NCBI GenBank assembly: GCA_944393375.1
Contig: CALXZX010000004.1
Coordinates: 6,163 to 70,162, forward strand
Source of the DNA: an uncultured Clostridia bacterium
Lineage (GTDB): Bacteria; Bacillota; Clostridia; TANB77; CAG-508
Length of the DNA: 64,000 bases
Direction: 5' to 3'
Both the position numbers and the translations under genes were made by a program. Below, piece by piece: positions 33,019 to 43,444 of the stretch (the stretch's first letter is position 1; each line of letters starts with the position of its first letter). The notes under the pieces were generated by a model. It was not told where the DNA came from. It made no database searches and worked only from the letters and a program-made list of their open reading frames with translations.

Positions 33019-33216
33019 AATTTCCTCCTAAAAAATTTAAAATTATAAAACTGTATATACAATTTTATATTATTAGTATTCTCTTTTTTATATAAAATTA
33101 TTTTAGCAAATTTTTTATTTTTTTCCTTTTTTTATTCATGAATTTTATGTGAATGATATATTATTTTTCGACTAATTATGATATAATATAAAAGATATTT
33201 TAAAAAGGAGAATTTT

Positions 33217-34809
33217 ATGGACACAAATAATGTAGAATTAGAAAAACCTATAGATAAAGTAACCTTATCTGGTATAGAATTACACCCTTTGGAAGAAAAT
33301 AATACCGAAAAAAGAGAATTTCACCCAGTAGAAAATTATCACCCAGAAAATGACAAACATTCACATTCTAAAGTAATGCGTATTTTAGGTATTTGCATTT
33401 TGGTTTTTGTTATTTTATTATCTATAGCTTTCTTCATTTTTACTTTTGTAAATAACCAAAATAAAAATATTATTTCTGGAATCAGTATAAAAGGTATCAA
33501 TGTTTCTAACTTGTCAACAGAAGAAGCAAAAGAAACTATACAAAATTATATTAATGAAAATTTACCAGAAAATATCAATTTGGTACACAATGATTACAAA
33601 ACAAGTATTCCTTTATCTGCACTTAATATAAGTTTTGATATTGATTCTGCTGTTGAACAAGCATATGAAACTGGTAAATCTGGTAATATATTTGAGAACA
33701 GTTTTACAGCTTTAAAAACATGGATTAGTCCTATTGATATAGAACTTACATTAACTTTAGATGAAGAACAATTAAGAACTGCTTTAAATGATATTTCATC
33801 TAAATTACCTGATACAGTTATTGAAAGTGGTTATTATATTGAAGGTAATAATCTAATTGTCACTAGTGGATCTGAAGGTAATGTTGTAGATGTAGACCAA
33901 ATGTGTACATATATAAAAAATGGTATTTTAAATTTAACTTTGAAAAATAGAGATTTAGAAATTGCAACTATTTCCAAACAACCTTCCAAAATTAATATTG
34001 AAAAAATTTATAATGAAATATATAAACAACCTGTTGATGCTTATTACACACAAGAGCCATTTGCTGTTTATCCTTCTGAAAACGGTTTAGATTTTGCTAT
34101 TTCTTTAGATGAAGCCAAAGAAATGCTATCAGAAGAAAAATCAGAATATGTAATACCTTTACAAACTTTATATCCTAGTGTAACTACAAATATGATCGGA
34201 ACAGAAGCTTTTCCAGATATGCTTTCAACCTATTCTACTAGATATTCTACCAGCGATAGAGACAGAACAACCAATTTACAACTAGCAGCTTCAAAAATTA
34301 ATGGTACAGTTTTAATGCCTGGTGAAACATTTTCATATAATCAAGTCGTAGGAGAAAGAACAATTGCTGCAGGATATAAAGAAGCACCTATATATGTTGA
34401 AGGTGAAGTTGTTGATGGATTAGGTGGTGGAATTTGTCAAATCACTTCCACACTATATAATGCTGTTTTATATGCAAACTTAGAAATTGTAGAAAGAAGT
34501 AATCACCAATTTGTTCCATCCTATGTTACAGCTAGTAGAGATTCTACTGTTGTATATGGTTCAATTGATTTTAAATTTAAAAATAATAGAGATTATCCTA
34601 TAAAAATAGTTTGTTCCGTTTCTGGAGGTATTGCTAGATTTGATATATATGGTTTAAGAACAGATAATGAATATGAAGTTGAAATTTCTTCATATATAAC
34701 TGGTAGTACGTCTGATTCTACTTATTCAGAAGCTTACAGAATCCTAAAACAAAATGGTCAAGTTGTTAGTACAGAACTATTATCAAAAGATACATATAAA
34801 AGACATTAA
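33217..34809 (+). CDS. VanW-domain membrane-anchored protein (YoaR-like)
   Basis: TM followed by RTTNL.LA, PGETFSYN and GLGGGICQ..STLYNA motifs. Confidence 0.88.
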   Translation: MDTNNVELEKPIDKVTLSGIELHPLEENNTEKREFHPVENYHPENDKHSHSKVMRILGICILVFVILLSIAFFIFTFVNNQNKNIISGISIKGINVSNLSTEEAKETIQNYINENLPENINLVHNDYKTSIPLSALNISFDIDSAVEQAYETGKSGNIFENSFTALKTWISPIDIELTLTLDEEQLRTALNDISSKLPDTVIESGYYIEGNNLIVTSGSEGNVVDVDQMCTYIKNGILNLTLKNRDLEIATISKQPSKINIEKIYNEIYKQPVDAYYTQEPFAVYPSENGLDFAISLDEAKEMLSEEKSEYVIPLQTLYPSVTTNMIGTEAFPDMLSTYSTRYSTSDRDRTTNLQLAASKINGTVLMPGETFSYNQVVGERTIAAGYKEAPIYVEGEVVDGLGGGICQITSTLYNAVLYANLEIVERSNHQFVPSYVTASRDSTVVYGSIDFKFKNNRDYPIKIVCSVSGGIARFDIYGLRTDNEYEVEISSYITGSTSDSTYSEAYRILKQNGQVVSTELLSKDTYKRH

Positions 34810-34831
34810 GTAAAAAATGGTCATTAATTAA

Positions 34832-34874
34832 GGACGTGTCAAATTGGACATTTTTTGTCCATTATGACACGTCC
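34832..34874. terminator. GC-rich palindrome between convergent genes (bidirectional terminator or REP-like)
   Basis: GGACGTGTCA..TGGACA TTTTT TGTCCA..TGACACGTCC. Confidence 0.65.
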
Positions 34875-34882
34875 CTAATGGA

Positions 34883-36274
34883 TTACATTGTTAAAACTCC
34901 ATTTCCTGTATCTGTTATGATTAATATATCTTCTTCTCGTCCATTTTCTGCATTGATATATACTAAAAATTCTTTATCATTTACTTTTCCTTTAAACTCA
35001 TAACACAATATCTCTGTTTGCCATTCTGTTGGAATAATGGCCATTCCTTCATTTGTTAACTCTAATTTTGGATTTAAATTTTCTTTTGCTTGTTCACTAG
35101 TAATTTGTATATTGCTAATATCTCTTTCTGTATGATTATTTAAATATCCTGTTGTTTCAATTCCCAGAATTTCTCCATTATCTAAGGCTACTTTTATTTT
35201 TATTAAATCTGGATAAACAATTACATTATCTTGCTTATAAGCATAATTAATAGTTGTAATTCCCTCTTGGGTGATATAGTAGGTTTCTTGCATATTGCTG
35301 AATCCTTTGTTTTCTAAGAATTCTTTTCCTTTTTGTGTTGCTTCTTCTTGTGATAAGATTTCTGCATTTACTTCTCTATTGGTATTCATATATATAACAT
35401 GTCCACCTTTTTTAGAAATGGAAATATTGATATTTTGATTATTATTGTCTGTAATAGAAAGTGTATAGGCAGGAATGGTTGCATTTTCAGATAATCCTAA
35501 ACTAGATATTTCTTTTATTTTATCTTTTCCAACAAATTCTTCTATAAGCCTTTTTGCTGTACTTTCATCTATATCTTCCCCTATCAATCCTTTTTTCTCT
35601 GCACTTGTCATATGCTCTGAATAAGCTCCATCATAAATCAAACCTGAATATTCATGAAAGTTTTCTTCTAAATTACTAAAACTTTCTTTTGATATATTAT
35701 CTACTTGCTGTGCAAATGCTACTGTTCCTTTTTTTGTCAGTTCTCCCCATTCAAATCTACCACTATTTAAATCTTCTGATAACTGATTTAAAGTATTTTC
35801 TAATTCCGTGCTGTAAGAGTGTAATTCTTCAAGATTTGCTAAATCTTCCTCTGTTAAGCTTTCATTATATATGTTTTTTCTAGATAAAGAATAACTATAA
35901 TCACTTACTTGATTTAAAAACTTTTCTGTATTTTCTAATTCTTGACTTTCTACCGGTAACATACTCAAATAGCTTTGTGCTAGATTTGCTTCTCTCCAAA
36001 GGTTAGTTAATGTCTCTGCACCATGTTCCGGCGTTGTAGAAATTAATGATTTTGCCAAATACGTTTCTACATTTTGTACATAATCCACTAATTCATAAAA
36101 TGCCATATTATATGAATTTTCTGAAGCTTGTCTGTATTCTCTTTGTTTTTTGTATAAAATAATTCCTAATATAGCAACCACAATTAAAAGAACTACAATG
36201 ATACTAAACATATGCCCTTTTTTTAATCTTTCTTTCCATTCTACTAATTTATTCATTCTTTTCCTTCCTTTCAC
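34883..36274 (-). CDS. ypeB: Germination protein YpeB
   Basis: N-terminal TM, LIYDGAYSEH and PepSY-like repeats; downstream of sleB. Confidence 0.9.
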   Translation of the reverse strand: MKGRKRMNKLVEWKERLKKGHMFSIIVVLLIVVAILGIILYKKQREYRQASENSYNMAFYELVDYVQNVETYLAKSLISTTPEHGAETLTNLWREANLAQSYLSMLPVESQELENTEKFLNQVSDYSYSLSRKNIYNESLTEEDLANLEELHSYSTELENTLNQLSEDLNSGRFEWGELTKKGTVAFAQQVDNISKESFSNLEENFHEYSGLIYDGAYSEHMTSAEKKGLIGEDIDESTAKRLIEEFVGKDKIKEISSLGLSENATIPAYTLSITDNNNQNINISISKKGGHVIYMNTNREVNAEILSQEEATQKGKEFLENKGFSNMQETYYITQEGITTINYAYKQDNVIVYPDLIKIKVALDNGEILGIETTGYLNNHTERDISNIQITSEQAKENLNPKLELTNEGMAIIPTEWQTEILCYEFKGKVNDKEFLVYINAENGREEDILIITDTGNGVLTM

Positions 36275-36750
36275 TATTTACAAAATCTATGTTTTCCTAT
36301 TGTAATGACATGTGGTCTTGACCATATCCAGCTATTTGTTGCTGTATCTGGATTAAAATAATATACACAACCTCCTGTTGGATCCCAACCATTCAAAGCA
36401 TCTTGGGCAGCTTTATATACTGTAGAATCTTCATCAATTGGAGCATTTATTTGTCCATCTGCCACTGCTGTAAAAGCTCCAGATTGATAAATTACACCTG
36501 AAATAGAATTTGGAAATCGAGAATCTTTTACTCGATTTAATATAACTGCACCAACAGCTACTTGTCCCTCGTATGGCTCACCCCTTGCTTCTCCATTAAT
36601 TGCTCTTGCCATTAATTGAACATCTGATGTATGAGAACTTGCTGCATAACTAATATTTTGTTTTGAGTTATTTTGGCTAAATGTTACAAAAATAATGAAT
36701 GTTATGATAAATATAATAAATATACTTAAAATTTTAATTAGATTTTTCAA
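36274..36750 (-). CDS. sleB: Spore cortex-lytic enzyme SleB (Hydrolase_2 domain)
   Basis: LMARAINGEARGEPYEGQVAVGAVILNRV...GWDPTGG..YYFNP. Confidence 0.9.
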   Translation of the reverse strand: MKNLIKILSIFIIFIITFIIFVTFSQNNSKQNISYAASSHTSDVQLMARAINGEARGEPYEGQVAVGAVILNRVKDSRFPNSISGVIYQSGAFTAVADGQINAPIDEDSTVYKAAQDALNGWDPTGGCVYYFNPDTATNSWIWSRPHVITIGKHRFCK

Positions 36751-36905
36751 ATGACCACCTCATATTATGAAATATATAAACTTCCTATTTTCTTCATTTC
36801 TATCATTATTTTCTCTTTTTTATAAAAATTTATTCCATTTTTTGAAATTTTATTATATTTATGTTAAAATTGAACTACAAATTATTTTGAAAAAAGGAGA
36901 TTATC

Positions 36906-38036
36906 ATGAAAATTCTAATTTTTTATGCTTCTTATGGTGGTGGCCATCTTAATGCTGCAAAATCTATTCATGAATATTTAAAAAATAATTATAAAGATAA
37001 AAATATTGATGTAGAGTTAATTGATTGTATGAAATATGTTAATAAAACAATAGAAAAAATGACAACAAAAGCCTATAATGAAATGGCTAAAAAAGCCCCT
37101 TGGGCTTGGGGAAGAATTTACTCTGACTCTCAGAAAGGACCACTTGCTCATATTACCAGTAGGTCTAATAAATTTATGGCAATTAAATTATTAAGGCTCT
37201 TAAGAGAAAAGCAACCTGATTTAATTATTTCTACACACCCTTTTGGAAGCCAAATGTGTAGTTATTTAAAAAGAAAGGGGAAAATCTCTGCTAAAATTGC
37301 AACCATTATGACAGATTTTGCTCCCCATGACCAATGGTTAGTTGGTTCAGATTATACTGATTACTATTTTGTCGCACATGAAAATATGAAAAAATATTTA
37401 AAAAGAAAAGGCATTGCAGATTCTAAAATATTTGCAACGGGAATTCCTTTATCTAATAAATTTTTACAAAACTTCAATAGAGAAAAAATTTTCAAGGAAT
37501 TACATTTAAATCCAAATAAAAAAACAATTCTATTTTTTGGTGGTGGCGAATTTGGATTAGGAAAAAACAGAACAGTTGAAATTTTTGAAAGTTTTGTAAA
37601 ATATTGCAAAGACATGCAAATTATAGCAATTAGTGGAAAAAATGAAAAAATGAGATTAGCTTTTGAAAAAATTGTTTTGAAATATCAAAGAAATGACAGT
37701 ATTTTAGTTTTTGAGTATACTAGTCAAGTTCCAGAATTTATGAGTATTTCAGATTTAGTTGTCACAAAACCTGGTGGCTTAACAACAACAGAAAGTTTGG
37801 CTTCTCATCTACCTATGGTTATTATTAATCCTATTCCTGGCCAAGAAGAAAAAAATGCAAAATTCTTAGTAAAAAACGGAATCGCTTTATGGATTAAAAA
37901 AAATGATAATGTACAAGAACTATTAGAAACATTATTTTTACATCCACAAACATTAGAAACTATGAAAGAAAATACAAAAAAATTAGCAAAATTGCATTCC
38001 ACAAAAGAAATTTGTGACACATTATTGAAAATATAA
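36906..38036 (+). CDS. GT28 glycosyltransferase (UgtP/MGDG synthase-like)
   Basis: SYGGGH, STHPF, TKPGGLTTTE and PIPGQEEKN motifs. Confidence 0.88.
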   Translation: MKILIFYASYGGGHLNAAKSIHEYLKNNYKDKNIDVELIDCMKYVNKTIEKMTTKAYNEMAKKAPWAWGRIYSDSQKGPLAHITSRSNKFMAIKLLRLLREKQPDLIISTHPFGSQMCSYLKRKGKISAKIATIMTDFAPHDQWLVGSDYTDYYFVAHENMKKYLKRKGIADSKIFATGIPLSNKFLQNFNREKIFKELHLNPNKKTILFFGGGEFGLGKNRTVEIFESFVKYCKDMQIIAISGKNEKMRLAFEKIVLKYQRNDSILVFEYTSQVPEFMSISDLVVTKPGGLTTTESLASHLPMVIINPIPGQEEKNAKFLVKNGIALWIKKNDNVQELLETLFLHPQTLETMKENTKKLAKLHSTKEICDTLLKI

Positions 38037-38158
38037 AATATATTTAATATAAAAAGAACCTAAATAACTATATCATAAATCTTTTAGGTTCTTTTTATTT
38101 TTATATTTTCTTGTGAGTTTTGTACTTTAATAACTTCTGCTGGCTTGTTTCCTTCCTT

Positions 38159-38758
38159 TTATAATTCTCTTCTTCCTTCTAAAGCTTTTGTTAATGTAAT
38201 TTCATCCGTATATTCTAAGTCACCACCTACTGGTATTCCATGTGCTATTCTTGTCACTTTTATTCCTAAAGGTTTAATTAGTTTGGATAAATACATTGCT
38301 GTTGCCTCACCTTCTACTCTAGGGTTTGTAGCAAGTATAACTTCTTTTACAGTTCCGTCCATTAATCTAGTTAATAATTCTTTTATTTTTATATCATCAG
38401 GTCCTACACCATTCATTGGTGAAATTGACCCATGTAAAACATGATATACACCTTTGAATTCATGGGTTTTTTCCATAGCAATGACATCTCTTACATCTTC
38501 TACTACACAAATAGAAGATGTATCCCTTTTAGGATTACTACATATAGGACATGGGTCTGTATCAGAAATGTTATAACATTTACTACAATATTTTAAATTC
38601 TTTTTTGCTTCTAAAATGGAATTTACAAATTCTTTTGTTTCTTCTTCTGAACTATTTAAAATATAAAAAGCAAGTCTTGCTGCTGTCTTATGTCCAATGC
38701 TTGGTAATTTTTCAAAACTTTCTATTAATTTTTCAATTGATGGTGAATATAATGACAT
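38159..38758 (-). CDS. recR: Recombination protein RecR
   Basis: [14 protein letters not shown]4 zinc finger and Toprim domain. Confidence 0.96.
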   Translation of the reverse strand: MSLYSPSIEKLIESFEKLPSIGHKTAARLAFYILNSSEEETKEFVNSILEAKKNLKYCSKCYNISDTDPCPICSNPKRDTSSICVVEDVRDVIAMEKTHEFKGVYHVLHGSISPMNGVGPDDIKIKELLTRLMDGTVKEVILATNPRVEGEATAMYLSKLIKPLGIKVTRIAHGIPVGGDLEYTDEITLTKALEGRREL

Positions 38759-38839
38759 TTTGTACCTCCATTTCGTTTGTTTACTATTCCTATATTTAAA
38801 AAGAGATTATTTGGAAAACCCTATAATCCCTTTATTTTT

Positions 38840-39184
38840 TTACATAAATCCTGGTATATTAAATTTTCCTAATTGGTCAGCTTGTGCACTATCTACCTTT
38901 CTTAATGCTTCATTTACACATGTTAATATTAAGTCTTCTAACATTTCTACATCATCAGGATCTACAACATCTTTTTGAATTTTAATTTCTTTTATTACTT
39001 TTTGTCCTGATACCTTTACAGATATTGCGCCACCACCTGCTGTTGCCTCAAAATCCTTGTTTGCTAATTCTGCTTGAGATTTTTCCATGTCTTCTTGCAT
39101 TTTTTTTGCTTGTTTCATTAAGTTATTCATATTCATTCCGCCGAATCCTCCCATTCCTCCTGGGAATCCACCTCTTTTTGCCAT
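38840..39184 (-). CDS. YbaB/EbfC nucleoid-associated protein
   Basis: ATAGGG and [12 protein letters not shown] motifs; between dnaX and recR. Confidence 0.92.
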   Translation of the reverse strand: MAKRGGFPGGMGGFGGMNMNNLMKQAKKMQEDMEKSQAELANKDFEATAGGGAISVKVSGQKVIKEIKIQKDVVDPDDVEMLEDLILTCVNEALRKVDSAQADQLGKFNIPGFM

Positions 39185-39232
39185 AATTTCACATTCCTTT
39201 CTTTTTATAAATTCTTTTTTAACTATTTAATT

Positions 39233-40867
39233 TTATTCTATCACATGAAACGGTATATCTGAATCATTTGCAATGCTTTTTATATTTGGTTCCTTTGTTT
39301 CTCCTGCATTTCCTAAATTGGTAATATATTTTATATTCATTGGCTTTCCTGATGCCATAGAAACTAAGTTGGTGATTTCTTTTATATTTTCTTGCTTTTC
39401 CAATACCGTCTTTCCAAATGATGTTAATCCATTAGGGAATTCTATCCCCACTGTCATATCATTTATTTCTCTAGCTCTTGTGTTCATTAAATTTGTATAT
39501 AATACAATTTTTCCATTTTGCTTTAAGTCTCTTACAATTTGTGGCCAATATTCTTCTACTTTATTAGAATATGTTGATGTTTCCATTTTCTTTGGTCCAC
39601 TATTGGTTTTCTTCTCATTTTTTTGTACAATTTGCGTTGTACTTGTTGGTATATTATATGCCATTTTTACTTCTGCACCAACTGGTTGTTGTCTATAATT
39701 ATTCATATTACCTGTATGACTTCTTAAATAATTTTCTATTTTTTCTACTCTTTGTTCTAATCCACTATCATCAGATTTATGATTAACTGTTAATTTGCTA
39801 CAAAGTTTTATAATTCCTGCTTGGAAAATAATACTTTTTTGTGTAGAAAATTTCATTTCGTTTTCTAACTCAGAAAATGCATATACTAAATGAATTAGTC
39901 TTTCTTTTTCAACTGTTTCTGAAATTTCTTTTACTTTTACTTTTTCTTCTTCACTATATAATTCCACATGGTTAGTTGCTTTATATAACAAGATATCTTT
40001 TACATATTTTATGATTTCCCATAATAAGTTTGAAATATCTTTTCCATCTTCTAAGACTTTATTAACTGTTACAAGTGCTTTATCTACATCATATTGTATA
40101 ATAGCCTCTACAATATCATGGACAAATACCATTTTAGGAATTCCTACTAAATCTTTTATTTTGTCTTCATTTATTTGATTTTCACCATCTTGAATACATC
40201 TTTCTAAAATAGATAATGCATCTCTCATAGCTCCTTCTGATAAAGTAGCAATAATCTGCATTGCTTCTTTTGTTATTTCTATATCACTTTCTTTACAAAC
40301 AATTTCTAATCTTTTCATAATATCTTCATTAGATATTTTCTTAAAGTCAAATCTTTGACATCTAGATAAAATTGTTGCAGGTAGTTTTTGTGGTTCTGTT
40401 GTAGCCAATATAAATTTTACATGTTCAGGTGGTTCTTCTAATGTTTTTAATAAAGCATTAAATGCCCCTGTTGATAACATATGTACCTCATCAATGATAT
40501 ATACTCTATATTTAGCTTTTGTTGGTAAAAAGTTCACTTCTTCTCTTATACTTCTAATATCTTCAACACTATTATTAGATGCTGCATCCATTTCTACAAT
40601 ATCTGTCAAAGAACCTGAAATGGCTCCTTTACAAATTTCACATTCATTACATGGCTCTCCATCTTTTGGATTTAAGCAGTTAATTGCTCTTGCTAATATT
40701 TTGGCAGCAGATGTCTTTCCAGTTCCTCTTCCCCCATTAAACAAATAGGCATGTCCTACTCTATTGGCTATAATCTGATTCTTTAATGTTCTTGTTATAT
40801 GTTCCTGCCCCACCATTTCTGAAAAATTCAATGGTCTAAATTTTCTATAAAGCGCTGTGTACCCCAT
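39233..40867 (-). CDS. dnaX: DNA polymerase III subunit gamma/tau
   Basis: ALYRKFRP, GGRGTGKT, IIDEVHML and SRC motifs. Confidence 0.95.
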   Translation of the reverse strand: MGYTALYRKFRPLNFSEMVGQEHITRTLKNQIIANRVGHAYLFNGGRGTGKTSAAKILARAINCLNPKDGEPCNECEICKGAISGSLTDIVEMDAASNNSVEDIRSIREEVNFLPTKAKYRVYIIDEVHMLSTGAFNALLKTLEEPPEHVKFILATTEPQKLPATILSRCQRFDFKKISNEDIMKRLEIVCKESDIEITKEAMQIIATLSEGAMRDALSILERCIQDGENQINEDKIKDLVGIPKMVFVHDIVEAIIQYDVDKALVTVNKVLEDGKDISNLLWEIIKYVKDILLYKATNHVELYSEEEKVKVKEISETVEKERLIHLVYAFSELENEMKFSTQKSIIFQAGIIKLCSKLTVNHKSDDSGLEQRVEKIENYLRSHTGNMNNYRQQPVGAEVKMAYNIPTSTTQIVQKNEKKTNSGPKKMETSTYSNKVEEYWPQIVRDLKQNGKIVLYTNLMNTRAREINDMTVGIEFPNGLTSFGKTVLEKQENIKEITNLVSMASGKPMNIKYITNLGNAGETKEPNIKSIANDSDIPFHVIE

Positions 40868-40907
40868 AATTATCACATCCTTTATACTTTTTCTGTTTAA
40901 CAGAAAA

Positions 40908-41045
40908 AAATGGTCCTACTATTTAATCTCTCTATGGAAAGTATACCACATAAAGATAAACTACTTATTGCTGCTTCCTTCCGGACCTGACAAGATTCAT
41001 AGGTCTTTATTGGATACTCTCCATACAAAGATTAAATAATATACC
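40908..41045 (-). ncRNA. ffs: Signal recognition particle RNA (short single-hairpin form)
   Basis: Contains TCAGGTCCGGAAGGAAGCAGCA (SRP domain IV) inside a long self-complementary stem. Upstream TTGATT-17-TATAAT at 41080-41052. Lies upstream of dnaX, as is typical. Confidence 0.9.
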
Positions 41046-41098
41046 ATTTGTATTATATACTGATTTTTCTATTTAATCAAGTGTTATTTTAGAATAAT

Positions 41099-41851
41099 TT
41101 AGTTATGTGTTCTCTTAAAAACAACATCTTCTAAATCTGTAATTTCTGTAGAAGTACTTCCTTCTTCTATTACATTTCCTGTTGGTAACTCTATTTTTAT
41201 TTCTGCTTGATATTCTTTTCCACTTTCTAATATAATTGTTAAATGAAATGTCAAATTTACTTTTAAATCATCTTCTACAATACCTGCTTTCTTTAATAAT
41301 TCGCTATGATTGATTTCTTCTTCATCAGATTGATATTTTGTCACATTATTATTTGAACATCTAAATGCGATAATGCCTCCTTGATTTGCTATCTTTAAAT
41401 TTTTCAAATCTGATTCTACATCTCCTGTATATTCTAAATTTTGTATAATATCTTTGTCATCATATTTAAATATAACATTTTCTTCTTCAGTATCTGGTTT
41501 ATATAGTTTTATTTTCTCTGTATTATTGGCTTCTATTTGAAAATTATCTACACGAACAGATTTGATAATTTCTGTTTTGTCATATGCTTCATTTTTATCA
41601 ATGTATAGATAAATATCATTGGATTGATGTACGTCAAATGACCATCTCGTATTTATCTGACTATCATCTATGCCTTCTTGTGTACTAATAATCACAATTT
41701 TACTTAGATTAAATGGCATATTGGTTTCTCCCTCTACGCTATATCTTAAAACTAACATCCCTACAATAAATAAAATAACCACAATAATAACCATTATCAT
41801 ACAAATATGAAAACTCTTTGTTTTGGTTAATTTTTTAAATTTATCAATCAT
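41099..41851 (-). CDS. Hypothetical membrane-anchored exported protein
   Basis: One N-terminal TM and an acidic beta-rich remainder. Confidence 0.65.
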   Translation of the reverse strand: MIDKFKKLTKTKSFHICMIMVIIVVILFIVGMLVLRYSVEGETNMPFNLSKIVIISTQEGIDDSQINTRWSFDVHQSNDIYLYIDKNEAYDKTEIIKSVRVDNFQIEANNTEKIKLYKPDTEEENVIFKYDDKDIIQNLEYTGDVESDLKNLKIANQGGIIAFRCSNNNVTKYQSDEEEINHSELLKKAGIVEDDLKVNLTFHLTIILESGKEYQAEIKIELPTGNVIEEGSTSTEITDLEDVVFKRTHN

Positions 41852-41911
41852 ATCTTCCTCCCGATAAATATTGATATATTATATAGCATTTTTTATATTT
41901 CGTCAAACTTT

Positions 41912-42367
41912 CTATTTTTTTGATTTTCTTAATTCCTTAAAAAAATCCTTTAAAATTTTTTCACAATCTGTTTTTAATATTCCTGTCTCTACTTCTACTT
42001 TATGATTAAAAGGATAATCTCCAAACAAATTTAAAACAGAACCTGCAGCACCAGTTTTTTCATCTAATGTGCCTATGTATAATTTTTTTATCCTAGCATT
42101 GATAATTGCACCTGCACACATGCTACATGGCTCTAATGTCACATACATTTCACAATCTAATAATCTCCATGAATCCAACTTTTTACTTGCTTTTTGTATT
42201 GCAATCATCTCAGCATGTTTTGTGGTATCTTTTTTCGTTTCTTTTACATTATGTCCTCTGCTAATTATTTTTCCATCTTTTACAATGACACATCCTACTG
42301 GAACTTCTAATTTATCATATGCTTTTTTGGCTTCTTTTAGAGCTTCTCGCATAAATTTTTCTTCCAT
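41912..42367 (-). CDS. tadA: tRNA adenosine(34) deaminase
   Basis: EVPVG, HAE and TLEPCSMC motifs. Confidence 0.93.
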   Translation of the reverse strand: MEEKFMREALKEAKKAYDKLEVPVGCVIVKDGKIISRGHNVKETKKDTTKHAEMIAIQKASKKLDSWRLLDCEMYVTLEPCSMCAGAIINARIKKLYIGTLDEKTGAAGSVLNLFGDYPFNHKVEVETGILKTDCEKILKDFFKELRKSKK

Positions 42368-42436
42368 ATTTCCTCCCTATATATAATAGAAAGCATTTTG
42401 TTTTCAAAATGCTTTATCATCCTGTAATATATTGAT

Positions 42437-42512
<76 letters not shown>

Positions 42513-42682
42513 ATTTATCAAAAATATTATAGTATATAAAAGTTTAAAAATCAATATTTATCTTTATGATAATTTTTTATCCTAGTTTTTCCAAAATTTT
42601 GTATAACCATTTTTAGCATTCCTCTTGACAAAACCTGTTATAATATAAGTAAATTTTGTTAGTTTATATTAAGGAGTATATT

Positions 42683-43393
42683 ATGCAAAGAATATTAAGC
42701 CATATGCGTAAAGCAATAGAAGAATATCATATGATAGAAGAAGGCGACAAAATTGCCATTTGCCTTTCTGGTGGAAAAGATTCTATCACCATGTTAAAGG
42801 CTTTTAAAAATCTACAAATATTTTATCCTAAAAAATTTGACATTATTGCTGTCAGTGTTAATCCAGGATTCGAATTTTTTGACATTGATTTTTTAAATAA
42901 AATATGTGAGGAAGTAAATGTTCCTTTGTTTATTGAAAACAGTAATGCAAAAGAAATTGTTTTTGATATAAGAAAAGAAAAAAATCCATGTTCTTTATGT
43001 GCTAATTTGCGTAGAGGTGTTATTAATTCTATTGCTATTCGAGAGGGTTGTAATAAAATTGCTTTAGGGCATAATCAAGATGATGTTTTAGAAACCTTTC
43101 TTTTAAATTTACTATATACGGGAAATATTGGTACATTTTCTCCTAAAAGTTTTATGGACCGTTCAAAAATTACATTAATTAGACCTCTTGTATATACACC
43201 TGAAAAAGAAATTAAACGATTTGTTAAGAAAAATAATATATCTGTTATGCCAAAAGTTTGCCCAATGGATGGAACATCAAAAAGAGAAGATATGAAAAAT
43301 TTAATTTATACGTTATCTAAAAATATTCCTATGATAAGGGCTAATCTATTTGGCGCTATACAAAGAACTTTAGATGACTGGAAAATAAAATAA
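42683..43393 (+). CDS. ttcA: tRNA 2-thiocytidine(32) synthetase TtcA-like
   Basis: PP-loop SGGKDS, PCSLC..LRRG, ALGHNQDD and CP motifs; ATG at 42683 after AAGGAG. Confidence 0.85.
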   Translation: MQRILSHMRKAIEEYHMIEEGDKIAICLSGGKDSITMLKAFKNLQIFYPKKFDIIAVSVNPGFEFFDIDFLNKICEEVNVPLFIENSNAKEIVFDIRKEKNPCSLCANLRRGVINSIAIREGCNKIALGHNQDDVLETFLLNLLYTGNIGTFSPKSFMDRSKITLIRPLVYTPEKEIKRFVKKNNISVMPKVCPMDGTSKREDMKNLIYTLSKNIPMIRANLFGAIQRTLDDWKIK

Positions 43394-43444
43394 TATAAAA
43401 ATGAAGGTATATAATAACAATAATTATTATATACCTTTTATTTC

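Noticed and set aside
39233..40867. E. coli-type programmed -1 frameshift in dnaX
   Set aside because: The ORF is continuous and I saw no convincing slippery site with a stimulatory hairpin.
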